Assembly (NCBI GenBank): GCA_049975265.1
Contig: JBNGDF010000007.1
Coordinates: forward strand, 63,542 to 127,541
Source of the DNA: Fidelibacterota bacterium
Lineage (GTDB): Bacteria; Fidelibacterota; UBA2242
Direction: 5' to 3'
Length of the DNA: 64,000 nt
The translations under genes were made by a program, and so were the position numbers. The notes under the pieces are model-generated. The model worked only from the letters and a program-made list of their open reading frames with translations, had not been told where the DNA came from and searched no databases. Shown here in pieces: positions 19,246 to 28,805 of the stretch (within the stretch, counting starts at the first letter, position 1; the number at the start of each line of letters is the position of its first letter).

Positions 19246-20204
19246 TACTGATACTGCTCCCATTCGATGGTGTAGGAATACCCGATAAAACTGCCAAAAT
19301 CCTTCGGGATGATCAGTTCAAATTTTCCCGTCGCTCCGGGCAGAAGCGAATTATTGGTCGTGATACCCGAATCCTCAAAGGTGTAATAACTGCCCTCGAC
19401 GAAAGCGGTGCGGGTTTTGGTGTCACCACTCCAGTTTTTACGAAAAATAAAATTAACTTTGACGAAATCCGCCCGCCGGGCACCGATATTCTTCACCTCA
19501 CCGGAAAAGATGGTGTTCCCCGAACGGTCTTTCTGCTCACTGATATTACCCACCAGAACACAGTTGGGCGTCTTGGCGCTGCTTTCCGACAGCTGTGCCG
19601 GCTCGCTGGCTTGGGAAACATAACCGGGCTGTGGCACCGGCGGATAGGCGGCGCTTTTCTGGACATCGCTGACCAGCTCCTGGGGTATATATTTCTGGGC
19701 AGGTTCTTCCGGCACGTTGGTAATAACCCGGACAATCGAGGCTTTTTCCAGCACGAGATACCCGATCAGGGTCTCGACCTTGACGATCTTATCATCCTGG
19801 TAAATTATTTTTCCGTAAATGGATGTACCGTTATCGGTGATAATTTCCTTATCATAGATTGCCAGCGGATTCATCCACATCTGACTGTTAGCTTGCAACT
19901 CTTCCAGTTGAGAACGCAGATGCTTGAGTTCGGCGGCGAGCTTTTTCACTTCAAAAGTCAGCTCATTTACCACATAATTCGCATCGGCGCTGCTGCTCCG
20001 TATGGGAGCCGCCGGCACGGTTTTTACCTCTGCCGGAGTCTCTCCAGTCGCTCCGGATGCTGTTTCTGTCCGGATTTCGCTCGTTGTCTGAGCGGTCTGA
20101 ATCTGTTCCGTCTCACTCTTGTCTGCGGTCCTGCTGCCGAACAGGCTGCACCCCTGGACAAGGGGAACTATGAGGAGGGCTGCAAAAAATATTTTGGCTT
20201 TCAT
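19245..20204 (-). CDS. Lipoprotein with coiled coil, small beta-domain and C-terminal Ig-like (FxLYD-type) domain
   Basis: Lipobox LVQG-C; low-complexity linker; C-terminal FSGEVKNIGARRADFVKVNF...LLPGATGKFEL. Confidence 0.75.
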   Translation of the reverse strand: MKAKIFFAALLIVPLVQGCSLFGSRTADKSETEQIQTAQTTSEIRTETASGATGETPAEVKTVPAAPIRSSSADANYVVNELTFEVKKLAAELKHLRSQLEELQANSQMWMNPLAIYDKEIITDNGTSIYGKIIYQDDKIVKVETLIGYLVLEKASIVRVITNVPEEPAQKYIPQELVSDVQKSAAYPPVPQPGYVSQASEPAQLSESSAKTPNCVLVGNISEQKDRSGNTIFSGEVKNIGARRADFVKVNFIFRKNWSGDTKTRTAFVEGSYYTFEDSGITTNNSLLPGATGKFELIIPKDFGSFIGYSYTIEWEQYQ

Positions 20205-20273
20205 AATCCCACACCTTCACGTATAGAGTGTCTAAAAAGTTACAGTTGACACTATGGCGTTGCATTCAGAAAA

Positions 20274-20303
20274 AATATAGTCTTCATATCGGGTGAATGT
20301 CAA
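20274..20303 (-). promoter_or_regulatory. Sigma70-type promoter for the motor operon
   Basis: Minus strand TTGACA-N18-TATATT, about 70 bp upstream of ATG 20204. Confidence 0.6.
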
Positions 20304-20426
20304 GGAAAAAATAATGAAAATAGGCGAGTTAGCCAGATGACTTAAATTGTTAATTGAAGTGTTGCCCCCATCTCATTTACTTTTCACCACCGTTTCCTGT
20401 AATAAGTAGCCCGGAATCAGTTCCCC

Positions 20427-21563
20427 TCACTTGAACGGAAAACGTAACAGGGCTGCCATATGTCCATATTTTTCCATCGGCAGCTGGATATATTGCACGT
20501 TCACCCCCTGTTGCAGAGCCAAATGCAGGATATGTTCATTGATGTTCTGGGTACGTTCCAAAGGACCGCCGTGTTTAGGACATTCCGCCTCCGGTGAAAG
20601 GTCCAGATAGTTACAGTGCCGGCAAAAGACCCCTTTGCGCTGATAACTGTTGTTCAGTAAAATCGTATCGATCCATTTATCCCGCAGTTTTGGCAGAATA
20701 GCGTCGATTCCTTCCATTGTCTGACCGGCTTTCTTCTGATTTTCAAACTGTTGTAGCAGCTCCTTCTCAAATTTCAAGCGGGATTCCCGGCTGGCTTTCT
20801 GCACCTTTTCAAAGACATCGTTCAGCGGCGCATGGGGTTCGATGTCGATTACGGCGGTGACCTTCCCATCGACGTAATCGTGCAGATACTTGCGAAATTC
20901 TCCGATGGACTCCCGCCGTCCGCCGAGAACGACCCAGTTAAAATCGTGGGACTTATTCAGCACAAACATTTTTTGCGCTACCTCTTTGTAATGCTGAATA
21001 ATGCCCTGATGGATATTTCGCTCCACCTTCCGCTCCTGGCGTCCCTGATAGCCTCCTACCTTCACCGATTCCGGCGCATTATCGGTGACTTTAAACAACT
21101 CTTTAAAATCACCCAAGGATTGTTCAAATATGCGCGCCTTGGATTTGTCAATCAACAGTACGCCGTACCGACGGTATTCGCTGAACAGCTGCGACAGCTG
21201 ATAGATATATGGTTTTGGTTGTATGACCAACTCATTCTGCAGGGGAATTTTCAGGTTTATGACCTTCCAAAATCCGCTTTTGCTCTGACAAAAGCAGATC
21301 GAGCTGACATATTTCGATGTATCCAGTTCCACCTCAAACCAGTTGACAATACGATCAAAGTCATCGAGAACGGAGTTTTTCTCTACCTCGGTCAACTGCT
21401 TGAAGTAGGTGGTATTTTTTTTATACCGGATCATCTTTTTCAATTCGACAAGGTGAGTCTTATGGTTTCCGTTTTTAATATTCGCCGTAAAATAGGCACT
21501 GGTTACCGGATAATCATTTTGGGTAAAGTGTGCCAACTCCCTGACAACATCATTTTTGATCAT
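20427..21563 (-). CDS. Bacterial archaeo-eukaryotic release factor (baeRF, family 10-like)
   Basis: PVTSAY, PKPYIYQL, LLIDKSKARIF, GGYQGRQERK loop, Zn-ribbon CRHC..CPKH, C-terminal MAALLRF. Confidence 0.8.
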   Translation of the reverse strand: MIKNDVVRELAHFTQNDYPVTSAYFTANIKNGNHKTHLVELKKMIRYKKNTTYFKQLTEVEKNSVLDDFDRIVNWFEVELDTSKYVSSICFCQSKSGFWKVINLKIPLQNELVIQPKPYIYQLSQLFSEYRRYGVLLIDKSKARIFEQSLGDFKELFKVTDNAPESVKVGGYQGRQERKVERNIHQGIIQHYKEVAQKMFVLNKSHDFNWVVLGGRRESIGEFRKYLHDYVDGKVTAVIDIEPHAPLNDVFEKVQKASRESRLKFEKELLQQFENQKKAGQTMEGIDAILPKLRDKWIDTILLNNSYQRKGVFCRHCNYLDLSPEAECPKHGGPLERTQNINEHILHLALQQGVNVQYIQLPMEKYGHMAALLRFPFK

Positions 21564-21610
21564 AACTACTCCTAGGTTATGGATGTTAGGTGCTGCAAAA
21601 CATGAAATAT

Positions 21611-21631
21611 AAAAACAGTCCCGGGAGACTG
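21611..21631 (-). terminator. Terminator-like hairpin between the amidohydrolase and baeRF genes
   Basis: Minus strand cagtct-cccg-ggactg followed by TTTTT. Confidence 0.4.
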
Positions 21632-21818
21632 ATATCCCTACAGGGATTTCGTTCTCGCCTTTGGTTCGTCATATTGATATGGATTTAAAAATGGCGTTTC
21701 CCGAAATAAGTCTGGATATACCACAACTATTAGATAAGGAAATTTTTCATAATTATCAACAGCTATTTTCGATCACCACCAATTATCCGGAGCCGATATC
21801 TGAATTGGCTGAAAATTC

Positions 21819-23063
21819 CTATTCCCCTGCCTCAGCCCCGAGCCATCGAACCTGCTGTGAAAGGTCCAGAATCGCCGCATAAGGGTCGTTTTGATTCAGA
21901 TTAACCATCGGCAACACCAGGCAGCGGGAGGTTTTCCCGGGATCCAGGCTGCCAACCTCTTTATGAAATCCAATGGCATAAGCACCGTTCAGGGTAGCAA
22001 ACTTCATTGCCGTATCCGCACTGATGCCCGCCTGAACGCACTGGGCAATCTCTTTGCGCGGGTCCAGATCGCCGGACAGGGCTTTGCTTTCGGTTCCCAT
22101 GCATATATTTACGCCCCGATCAAGGATTTGTTTCACCGGAGTTGGGCGCCACTGTAAATTGAAAGCGGTGCGCGGACAGATACAGACATTCACTTTTGCC
22201 ACGGTCTCTCTGATTAAATCGATGTCCTTTTCGGTCAGCTCATTCATATGGATCAGGATATTGTGCCGGGCGGCAAAGTGGTTAGTGAAAAAATATTGAA
22301 CCGGCGTCATACGCGGGGCGCGCCAGCCATAATCAAAATCCATGCGCGAAAGCAGATATTGTTGAACGGAGCCAGTGCCGCTGTTGAAAAACTCAATTTC
22401 ATCTTCCGTCATCGCCATATGGATGGCAATGTGCCGTTCATAAATACTGATCTCCCTCAGTAAATCCGCCGAGATTTCCCAGGGTGAAGACATGCCCAGA
22501 TGATTGGTGATCTGTTTCATCGGAGCAATCTGACCAAGTTTTTCACGAATCTCTTTGAAAATGGTCGCCGCCTCGTACCCTTTGAAGCCCCGTACCTCGT
22601 GAAACACCCGGGCAAATAGATTTTCCTCCTGCAATATCCTGGCTGAAAGCCCATCGCTGGAAAAATCTCCCAAGGCAATGGTTCCAAACCGTTTACATTC
22701 CTGGACGTTGGTACGGATAATTTCGGAACGCTCCTTATCGCTCTGGCATTCCAGCAGGGCGGCATTTTGATTCAGATAGTCAAAAAAGCGCCGTATCGGC
22801 TCCGGCAAAGTGTCCTGCTCCAGATGGGTATGAACATTGACAAACGCCGGAAAAATGACCGCTTCACCCAGGTCGATCAGCGGTTCCGGTATCCGTCCGG
22901 ACAGGTCCTCGTATGTCCCGACAGCGCGGATTTGATTTTCATCAACAATCAGAATGCCGTTTTCAATCGGCGGTGCCGATACGGGCAGCAACCATTGCGC
23001 CCGGTAAGCGCGCAGCGGAACAGATTCGTGATTGGTATTCAAACCGACTCCTATTTGTTTCAA
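21819..23063 (-). CDS. Amidohydrolase superfamily protein (deaminase-like, divergent active site)
   Basis: PAFVNVHTHLE, ATLNGAYAIG, GSLDPGK. Confidence 0.85.
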   Translation of the reverse strand: MKQIGVGLNTNHESVPLRAYRAQWLLPVSAPPIENGILIVDENQIRAVGTYEDLSGRIPEPLIDLGEAVIFPAFVNVHTHLEQDTLPEPIRRFFDYLNQNAALLECQSDKERSEIIRTNVQECKRFGTIALGDFSSDGLSARILQEENLFARVFHEVRGFKGYEAATIFKEIREKLGQIAPMKQITNHLGMSSPWEISADLLREISIYERHIAIHMAMTEDEIEFFNSGTGSVQQYLLSRMDFDYGWRAPRMTPVQYFFTNHFAARHNILIHMNELTEKDIDLIRETVAKVNVCICPRTAFNLQWRPTPVKQILDRGVNICMGTESKALSGDLDPRKEIAQCVQAGISADTAMKFATLNGAYAIGFHKEVGSLDPGKTSRCLVLPMVNLNQNDPYAAILDLSQQVRWLGAEAGE

Positions 23064-23174
23064 TATTTGCTTCCATCATCCTGGAAAAAATAGAGGATGT
23101 CTATTAATTAAACAAGAAAATATAGTTGCATTATTGATCCATCTTCCGTAAAATTGGCGCTAATTTTGTAACAT

Positions 23175-23190
23175 TGTGATATAATTCACC
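23175..23190. promoter_or_regulatory. CRP/Rex-like palindrome overlapping a TATAAT hexamer
   Basis: TGTGA-TATAAT-TCACC in the divergent intergenic region. Confidence 0.4.
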
Positions 23191-23246
23191 TCTAAACTCA
23201 CAAGTCTGTCTTAATTTCGGCTTGTCATTTTTGAACAGGATATACC

Positions 23247-24200
23247 ATGAACCTGAAATTTTGGAAAAGCTATTCATTGCGGAATTTTATCCTCATCACA
23301 GCCAGTCTGACACTGCTTCTGTCTGCCTGTCTGAAGGATTTTGTCAAGCCCGCTTTGAATCACGAACCGTCCACCTCTGCCACCGATCCGTATTCTCATC
23401 TGTTCAGCTACCTGGAACAGGCCGGCTTTCAGGCTGTGGATATTGAGAAACTGTTTCGCGATCCGCGGATCGATTATTACCATGACATTGCGATCAATCT
23501 CTATCGCCCCCCGCAGATGGAGCCTTATAACAGTACCTTCTTTTTCAGCGAAAATGAATCCTACGAAATCGACGAATTCATCGCCCGCTATGCAGAAGAG
23601 CTTACCCAGGCTGAAATGCGCTTTAACGTCCCCCGGGAAGCGATTGTAGCGGTGCTTTTTGTGGAAACAAAAATCGGTAAAATTGTGGGCGATCACTCAG
23701 TCTTTAATATCCTCAGTTCACTCTCACTGGCAGACAGTCCTCTGTCGTTGAGGCAAATCGAAAATCACATTAATGAGCGGTATCACTACCTCGATTATGA
23801 CAAACGCCAGGAGCTGATTCGGTATTATCAAGACCGTGCTACCCGCAAGGCTGTCCAGGCCCGGGCAGAATTTATCAGTCTGCTGCACCTGCACTTTGAC
23901 CGCCAACTGGATATTCTGGAGCTGCCCGGCTCTTATGCCGGCGCTTTCGGTTATCCGCAGTTTATGCCTTCAAATGTAGAGCGCTATGGGGTTGATGGCA
24001 ACGAAGACGGAACCATTGATCTGTACAATTTCAGCGACGCCATTATGAGTGTCGGCAATTTCCTCAACAAAAAGGGCTGGACGGAAGATAGTCGCCAACA
24101 GTACCGGGCTCTGCTACGATACAATAACAGTCACCGTTACGTTGAAAACGTACTGGAAACCGCCAGCTCCATTCGCGCCGATCACGACTTTATCGACTAA
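23247..24200 (+). CDS. mltB: Lytic murein transglycosylase, MltB family lipoprotein
   Basis: Lipobox LSAC; VETKIG, GSYAGAFGYPQFMPS, DGNEDG, YNNS. Confidence 0.88.
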   Translation: MNLKFWKSYSLRNFILITASLTLLLSACLKDFVKPALNHEPSTSATDPYSHLFSYLEQAGFQAVDIEKLFRDPRIDYYHDIAINLYRPPQMEPYNSTFFFSENESYEIDEFIARYAEELTQAEMRFNVPREAIVAVLFVETKIGKIVGDHSVFNILSSLSLADSPLSLRQIENHINERYHYLDYDKRQELIRYYQDRATRKAVQARAEFISLLHLHFDRQLDILELPGSYAGAFGYPQFMPSNVERYGVDGNEDGTIDLYNFSDAIMSVGNFLNKKGWTEDSRQQYRALLRYNNSHRYVENVLETASSIRADHDFID

Positions 24201-25761
24201 ATCTATTTCGAATGATGTAATTCTCAGGAATAAATCCCACTCCGATGGGACCGGGATCGAAGTGCACCAGAAACTCCTCGTTCCCGGTCCTGAAATCGAT
24301 CGACACCTCCGAATCCGTCGAACCATTAATCACCAACACATCCGGATTCTCCGGCTGCGGTTCCGTCCAAACCGAGACACAGTTGTCACCGAAGTGCAGA
24401 CGCCGAATGCCATGCCGGTCCTTGCGTCGAATATTCCAGTCCAGTCGGTCGGCGGGTGCATTGACCGAAAATCCGAGTATATCCTCGATCAGCATCGAAA
24501 TCGGTCCGTGACCGGAGAAGCAGATATGATCCTTGCGACAGTAGTTTTTTGCATCCCAGCGGGTGCCGGGCGCAGCCTCTTCCGGGGCATACATTTCCCA
24601 GATCCGATACCGAAGAGTTTCATCAAAGTATACGCTGTCGATGTCAATTTTAATATCGAATCCCTGATATACTTTCTGCATATTGTTCAAATGATTCCGG
24701 GCGGCTTCCCGGGCAAAATCCTGCTCACCGTAGCGCTGTAAACCAGCTATGATCATGTAGTTGGTCACTCCCCAGACACCACCGCGCCAGTAAAAACCGA
24801 GCGGGTTGTATTCCGGTGCCCGGATGGAAACGCTGGGAAACATATGCTCCAGATGAAACGCTGAGTAGTCCTTTAAATGGTCAATCAGGCGCATTGCTCG
24901 GGAGTGACTGGGAATTCCGGCCAGCAGCGGCCAGAAACCGGCGATGTTGTATATCCGGGAGGGTTCGCCTTCGCGGGTCATATCAAAATAAAAGGTGGAG
25001 TCGGGATTCCAGAGTTTCGCCTGGATCGCGGCGGCGATGTCGCGATATTTCCGCTGGTAGTAAGCCGTTTTCTTAGAATCCTTCAAAATGTCAGCAATCT
25101 GCCGCAGCTGTTCGGCAAAGAGAGCCATCTGTGCCGATAAATCGATCCAGCCGCCGAATTCTATATTGCCCCTTGGTAAATTCAGCATGCCCGATGCGAT
25201 CTGGTTTGAGTAGTACAGCTCTGCCGCAGCATATTTGCCCCGGCAGTTCCGGTCAATCCAGTGAAAATATTTTTCCAGAACAGGGAATACACGTCGCAGT
25301 CGCAGTGTATCGCCCGACAGATAAAAATATCTCAGTTCCACCCAGGCAAAGAGTGGCGGATGAATCATCGGATCAGCCTGGCTGGGTAGATGCAACGGCT
25401 CACCCGATTGGGTGATATAGCTGCGGGCGATGAAACCGTCGCCGCGCTGTTTTCGGTAAAACAGATCCAGGGTTTCCATAACCGGATACCTTGTATAGCC
25501 GTACATGGCAAACAGTGCCGTCGACAAAACCGACCACTGATCGATTACGTCTCTATCATCGGGATTCAGATATTTTTCCGGAAAATCGTTGTCGTCATTA
25601 CCTCGCTTTTCCAATTGGTCGATCAGCATCCAGCTCTTCCGGTACAGGTCCAGCCATCCGGCGTCGTCCGTCAAAACAGGCTCCGGCAGGCAGCTTTTAT
25701 TCACTCCCTCACCGCAATCCGTCAGCATCAGGCAGACGATTAACAGACCCGGTAAAAGCAT
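24190..25761 (-). CDS. (alpha/alpha)6 glycoside hydrolase (GH63/MGH1/trehalase-like), probable lipoprotein
   Basis: HPPLFAW, LWN....YFD, GFWPLLAG, YWRGGVW, IWEMYAPE; TAATG coupling at 25761. Confidence 0.8.
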   Translation of the reverse strand: MLLPGLLIVCLMLTDCGEGVNKSCLPEPVLTDDAGWLDLYRKSWMLIDQLEKRGNDDNDFPEKYLNPDDRDVIDQWSVLSTALFAMYGYTRYPVMETLDLFYRKQRGDGFIARSYITQSGEPLHLPSQADPMIHPPLFAWVELRYFYLSGDTLRLRRVFPVLEKYFHWIDRNCRGKYAAAELYYSNQIASGMLNLPRGNIEFGGWIDLSAQMALFAEQLRQIADILKDSKKTAYYQRKYRDIAAAIQAKLWNPDSTFYFDMTREGEPSRIYNIAGFWPLLAGIPSHSRAMRLIDHLKDYSAFHLEHMFPSVSIRAPEYNPLGFYWRGGVWGVTNYMIIAGLQRYGEQDFAREAARNHLNNMQKVYQGFDIKIDIDSVYFDETLRYRIWEMYAPEEAAPGTRWDAKNYCRKDHICFSGHGPISMLIEDILGFSVNAPADRLDWNIRRKDRHGIRRLHFGDNCVSVWTEPQPENPDVLVINGSTDSEVSIDFRTGNEEFLVHFDPGPIGVGFIPENYIIRNRFSR

Positions 25762-27044
25762 TACGGGGATTTTACCGCCGGCTCTTTCAAATTCTCTTCT
25801 TCCGACCATAAATTATCAACCGATTCATGTAAAAAATTCTGGTAGGTTGCCCGGGCTTTATCGATCAGACCGGCACCGGCGTAGGCGTTTGCCAGAATCA
25901 GGCGGTAGCGCTGGACCTGCGGGCTCAGTGAAACTGCCCTTTCCAGATACTCAACGGCTTCCGGAAACCGCTCCATCTCATATAAAAGTTTCCCGTGATA
26001 ATAGAGAGGCTGGGGATGCTCGGGAAGCAGCTCCATCTGTTTCTGCGAATACTGTAGTGCTTTGTCCAATTTACCGGATTTGCGACTGCTCTCCGCCAGG
26101 ATAAAATAGGCGTCCGTCAGACCGCGATCCAGCTGCAATGCCGCTTTGCTGTAATAAACGGCTTTCGCCGGATCATTCAGGTGAAAATGATAAATCTGCG
26201 CCAAGGTAATCAGACTCCCCGGACAATAATTGTGATTCAGTGCCTTAGTGTAGTGGATTGCGGCATTTTCATAATGCCCCTGCCGATATTCCAGATGCCC
26301 CCAGGCCTCGTAGGTGTCCGCCGATCGCCCTGCTATCCGGCTCAATTTTTCACAGACCTGCGCCGCTTCCAGAAAACAGCCGTTATTGGCAAGAATATGC
26401 TCCAACATCCGCAAATGAAAGGGGTTTTCCGTCGATTGAATCGCCTGTTTTGCCAGAGCGACGGCAACGGAATCGGCACCGAGATTACTCTGTAAGATGG
26501 CGTGATACACGGTGATATTGCCGTTGTCGGGAAATTCCGCGCCCAGCGTTCGAAAGAAGCGAATCGCCTCTTCCCGATTCGGTGACTCGCGGTATTTATC
26601 GAGTATAATTGTCAGAGGCAAATCATCCGGCTGAATCCGGTAGAGGGCCGTCGCTACTCGTCGAAACATGTCCCAGGGAACAGCGGTCTCTTTTGCCAGG
26701 TCCGTATAATCCATTAAAAAATCATAGACCGTCGAATCCTTTGCAAACGCCTTAAAATAGAGCGCCCGGGCATTCGTATAATTACCCAGTGCCCATTCTG
26801 ACCGACCGTAGCTCCAGAAGAGATAGAATTCGGGATAGGATTTGACTAACCTGTCGAATATTTTTCGAGCCTGGGTTGCCTGCGCTTTTTTCAGATAGCC
26901 GAGAGCCTGCTTCATGTCAGCCCGGTATTCATTGGGGATCTCTTTTTTGATTGCTTTAAACCGCAACCCTTCCGGCAATCCAGCCCCGCCGGCAGCCACC
27001 AGCAACAGCATTAGGATTAAGAGCAGAACAGCCCGCTTCTTCAT
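25761..27044 (-). CDS. Exported TPR-repeat protein
   Basis: Signal peptide MKKRAVLLLILMLLLVAAGGA; many TPR repeats. Confidence 0.8.
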   Translation of the reverse strand: MKKRAVLLLILMLLLVAAGGAGLPEGLRFKAIKKEIPNEYRADMKQALGYLKKAQATQARKIFDRLVKSYPEFYLFWSYGRSEWALGNYTNARALYFKAFAKDSTVYDFLMDYTDLAKETAVPWDMFRRVATALYRIQPDDLPLTIILDKYRESPNREEAIRFFRTLGAEFPDNGNITVYHAILQSNLGADSVAVALAKQAIQSTENPFHLRMLEHILANNGCFLEAAQVCEKLSRIAGRSADTYEAWGHLEYRQGHYENAAIHYTKALNHNYCPGSLITLAQIYHFHLNDPAKAVYYSKAALQLDRGLTDAYFILAESSRKSGKLDKALQYSQKQMELLPEHPQPLYYHGKLLYEMERFPEAVEYLERAVSLSPQVQRYRLILANAYAGAGLIDKARATYQNFLHESVDNLWSEEENLKEPAVKSP

Positions 27045-27228
27045 GTTGCTGAATATGGCTAATTTCGGTCGATATTTCAAGTGTTTTCAGCATAATGCCG
27101 GAAGGAAAAACAACCCTTTGGCCGATAGGATTGAACCGGTTGTTCTTTTAATTATCCATTCCTGTTGAGATATGCTTTTAAAAATGCTCTTAAAATTGTA
27201 ATTTCTGCATGAAAAAACTGAGGTGTTT

Positions 27229-28203
27229 ATGCAGCAAATTGACGACATACTTGCTCATCTGGACCGGGAAAATATCTCACTTCTGCCGACGCCTTTTTAC
27301 CGTTTGAATACCCTGTCGGAGTTGCTGGAACGGGATATCTATATCAAGCGGGATGACCTGACCGGTTTTGCGTTCGGCGGCAACAAAACCCGCAAATTTG
27401 ATTTTTTAATGGCGGATGCTCTGGAAAAAGGGTGTGATACGATCATCGGCATCGGCGCCAACCAGTCAAACTTTTGCCGGATTCTCAGCGGTGTCGGTGC
27501 CAAGTACGGACTCGCAGTACATCTGATCCTGAACGGCACCGAACCGAAAATTGCGACGGGCAACCTGCTGCTTGATCATCTGTTCGGGGCAACGATCCAC
27601 CATATCGATACCACCGATCCCGAAGAGCGCTTTCAGAAAGCCGTCGAAGTCCGCAAGCAGCTGGAATATGCCGGTCGGCGCGTCTATTTCCTGCCACCGG
27701 GCGGCTCAACCACTCGGGGTGCAATGGGATACATCGCCGGTTGGGGCGAATTAATGGATGACTTTGAACATCATCACTTACAGGTAACGAAAATCTTCCA
27801 CGCCTCCTCATCGGCAGGAACGCAAGCCGGGCTCGTCACCGGACAGGCGATCAGCGGCTGGCAGGGACAGATCATCGGGATCAGTGTAGACGCTCCGAAA
27901 GCAGATCTCGAAAAAAATGTGTACAATCTGGCGCAATCCGCCGGTGATTTTTTAAATGTCCATATCACCCGCGATCTGGTCACCGCTGATGACCGGTATG
28001 TCGGCAGCGGCTACGGCAAACAGACCGACCAGGCGGAAGAAGCGATTGAGCTCTTCGCCCGCAGAGAAGGGGTGTTGCTGGACCATGTCTATACGGGTAA
28101 AGCCGCCGCCGGACTGATTGACTACTGCCGCAGCGGTAAAGTTGCACCGGAGGAAACCATCGTCTTTCTGCATACCGGCGGCAATATCCAACTTTTTGAA
28201 TGA
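27229..28203 (+). CDS. D-cysteine desulfhydrase / ACC deaminase family PLP enzyme
   Basis: KRDDLTGFAFGGNKTRK, SNFCR, LDHVYTGKA, FLHTGG. Confidence 0.9.
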   Translation: MQQIDDILAHLDRENISLLPTPFYRLNTLSELLERDIYIKRDDLTGFAFGGNKTRKFDFLMADALEKGCDTIIGIGANQSNFCRILSGVGAKYGLAVHLILNGTEPKIATGNLLLDHLFGATIHHIDTTDPEERFQKAVEVRKQLEYAGRRVYFLPPGGSTTRGAMGYIAGWGELMDDFEHHHLQVTKIFHASSSAGTQAGLVTGQAISGWQGQIIGISVDAPKADLEKNVYNLAQSAGDFLNVHITRDLVTADDRYVGSGYGKQTDQAEEAIELFARREGVLLDHVYTGKAAAGLIDYCRSGKVAPEETIVFLHTGGNIQLFE

Positions 28204-28213
28204 TGGCAAATCA

Positions 28214-28795
28214 ATGTCGATATTAACCGCACATCCCTGGATTACCACCTGGATCATCATTCCTTTTCTGATCTTTTTAGCCCGTGTCACCGATGTGTCC
28301 ATCGGTACATTTCGGATTATTCTGGTCTCCAAAGGCAGGAAGGCAATCTCCGCCTTCCTGGGATTTATCGAGGTATCCATCTGGCTGCTGGCGATCTCGC
28401 AGGTCTTTCAGCATGTCACCAATATCGCCTGTTTCCTGGCTTACGGTTTTGGTTTCGCAATGGGAAACTACGTCGGCATTTCCATCGAGGAAAAGATCGC
28501 CATGGGACAGCAGGCAATCCGCATAATTACCCGCAATACAATGGAGGTCCTGCCGATGGCGTTGCGGGATGCCGGATACGGCGCTACCGTCATTAAAGCC
28601 AATGGCGCCAAGGGAGAGGTTAATATAATTTTCAGTATTGTGCCCCGGCGACAGGTCAAGGAGGTGGTTGCGCTGGCTCAGGAGATTGATCCCAATATTT
28701 TCATTTCGCTGCAGGATGTCCGGTCGGTCAACGCCGGTTTCATACCCCTGCGGGCACCCCTTTTCGGCTGGCGACGCCTCACCAAGAAAAAATAG
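28214..28795 (+). CDS. DUF2179/UPF0316 membrane protein
   Basis: IFLARVTDVSIGTFRII, GFAMGNYVGI, GYGATV..A.G, DPNIFI. Confidence 0.85.
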   Translation: MSILTAHPWITTWIIIPFLIFLARVTDVSIGTFRIILVSKGRKAISAFLGFIEVSIWLLAISQVFQHVTNIACFLAYGFGFAMGNYVGISIEEKIAMGQQAIRIITRNTMEVLPMALRDAGYGATVIKANGAKGEVNIIFSIVPRRQVKEVVALAQEIDPNIFISLQDVRSVNAGFIPLRAPLFGWRRLTKKK

Positions 28796-28805
28796 TATAT
28801 TCGGA

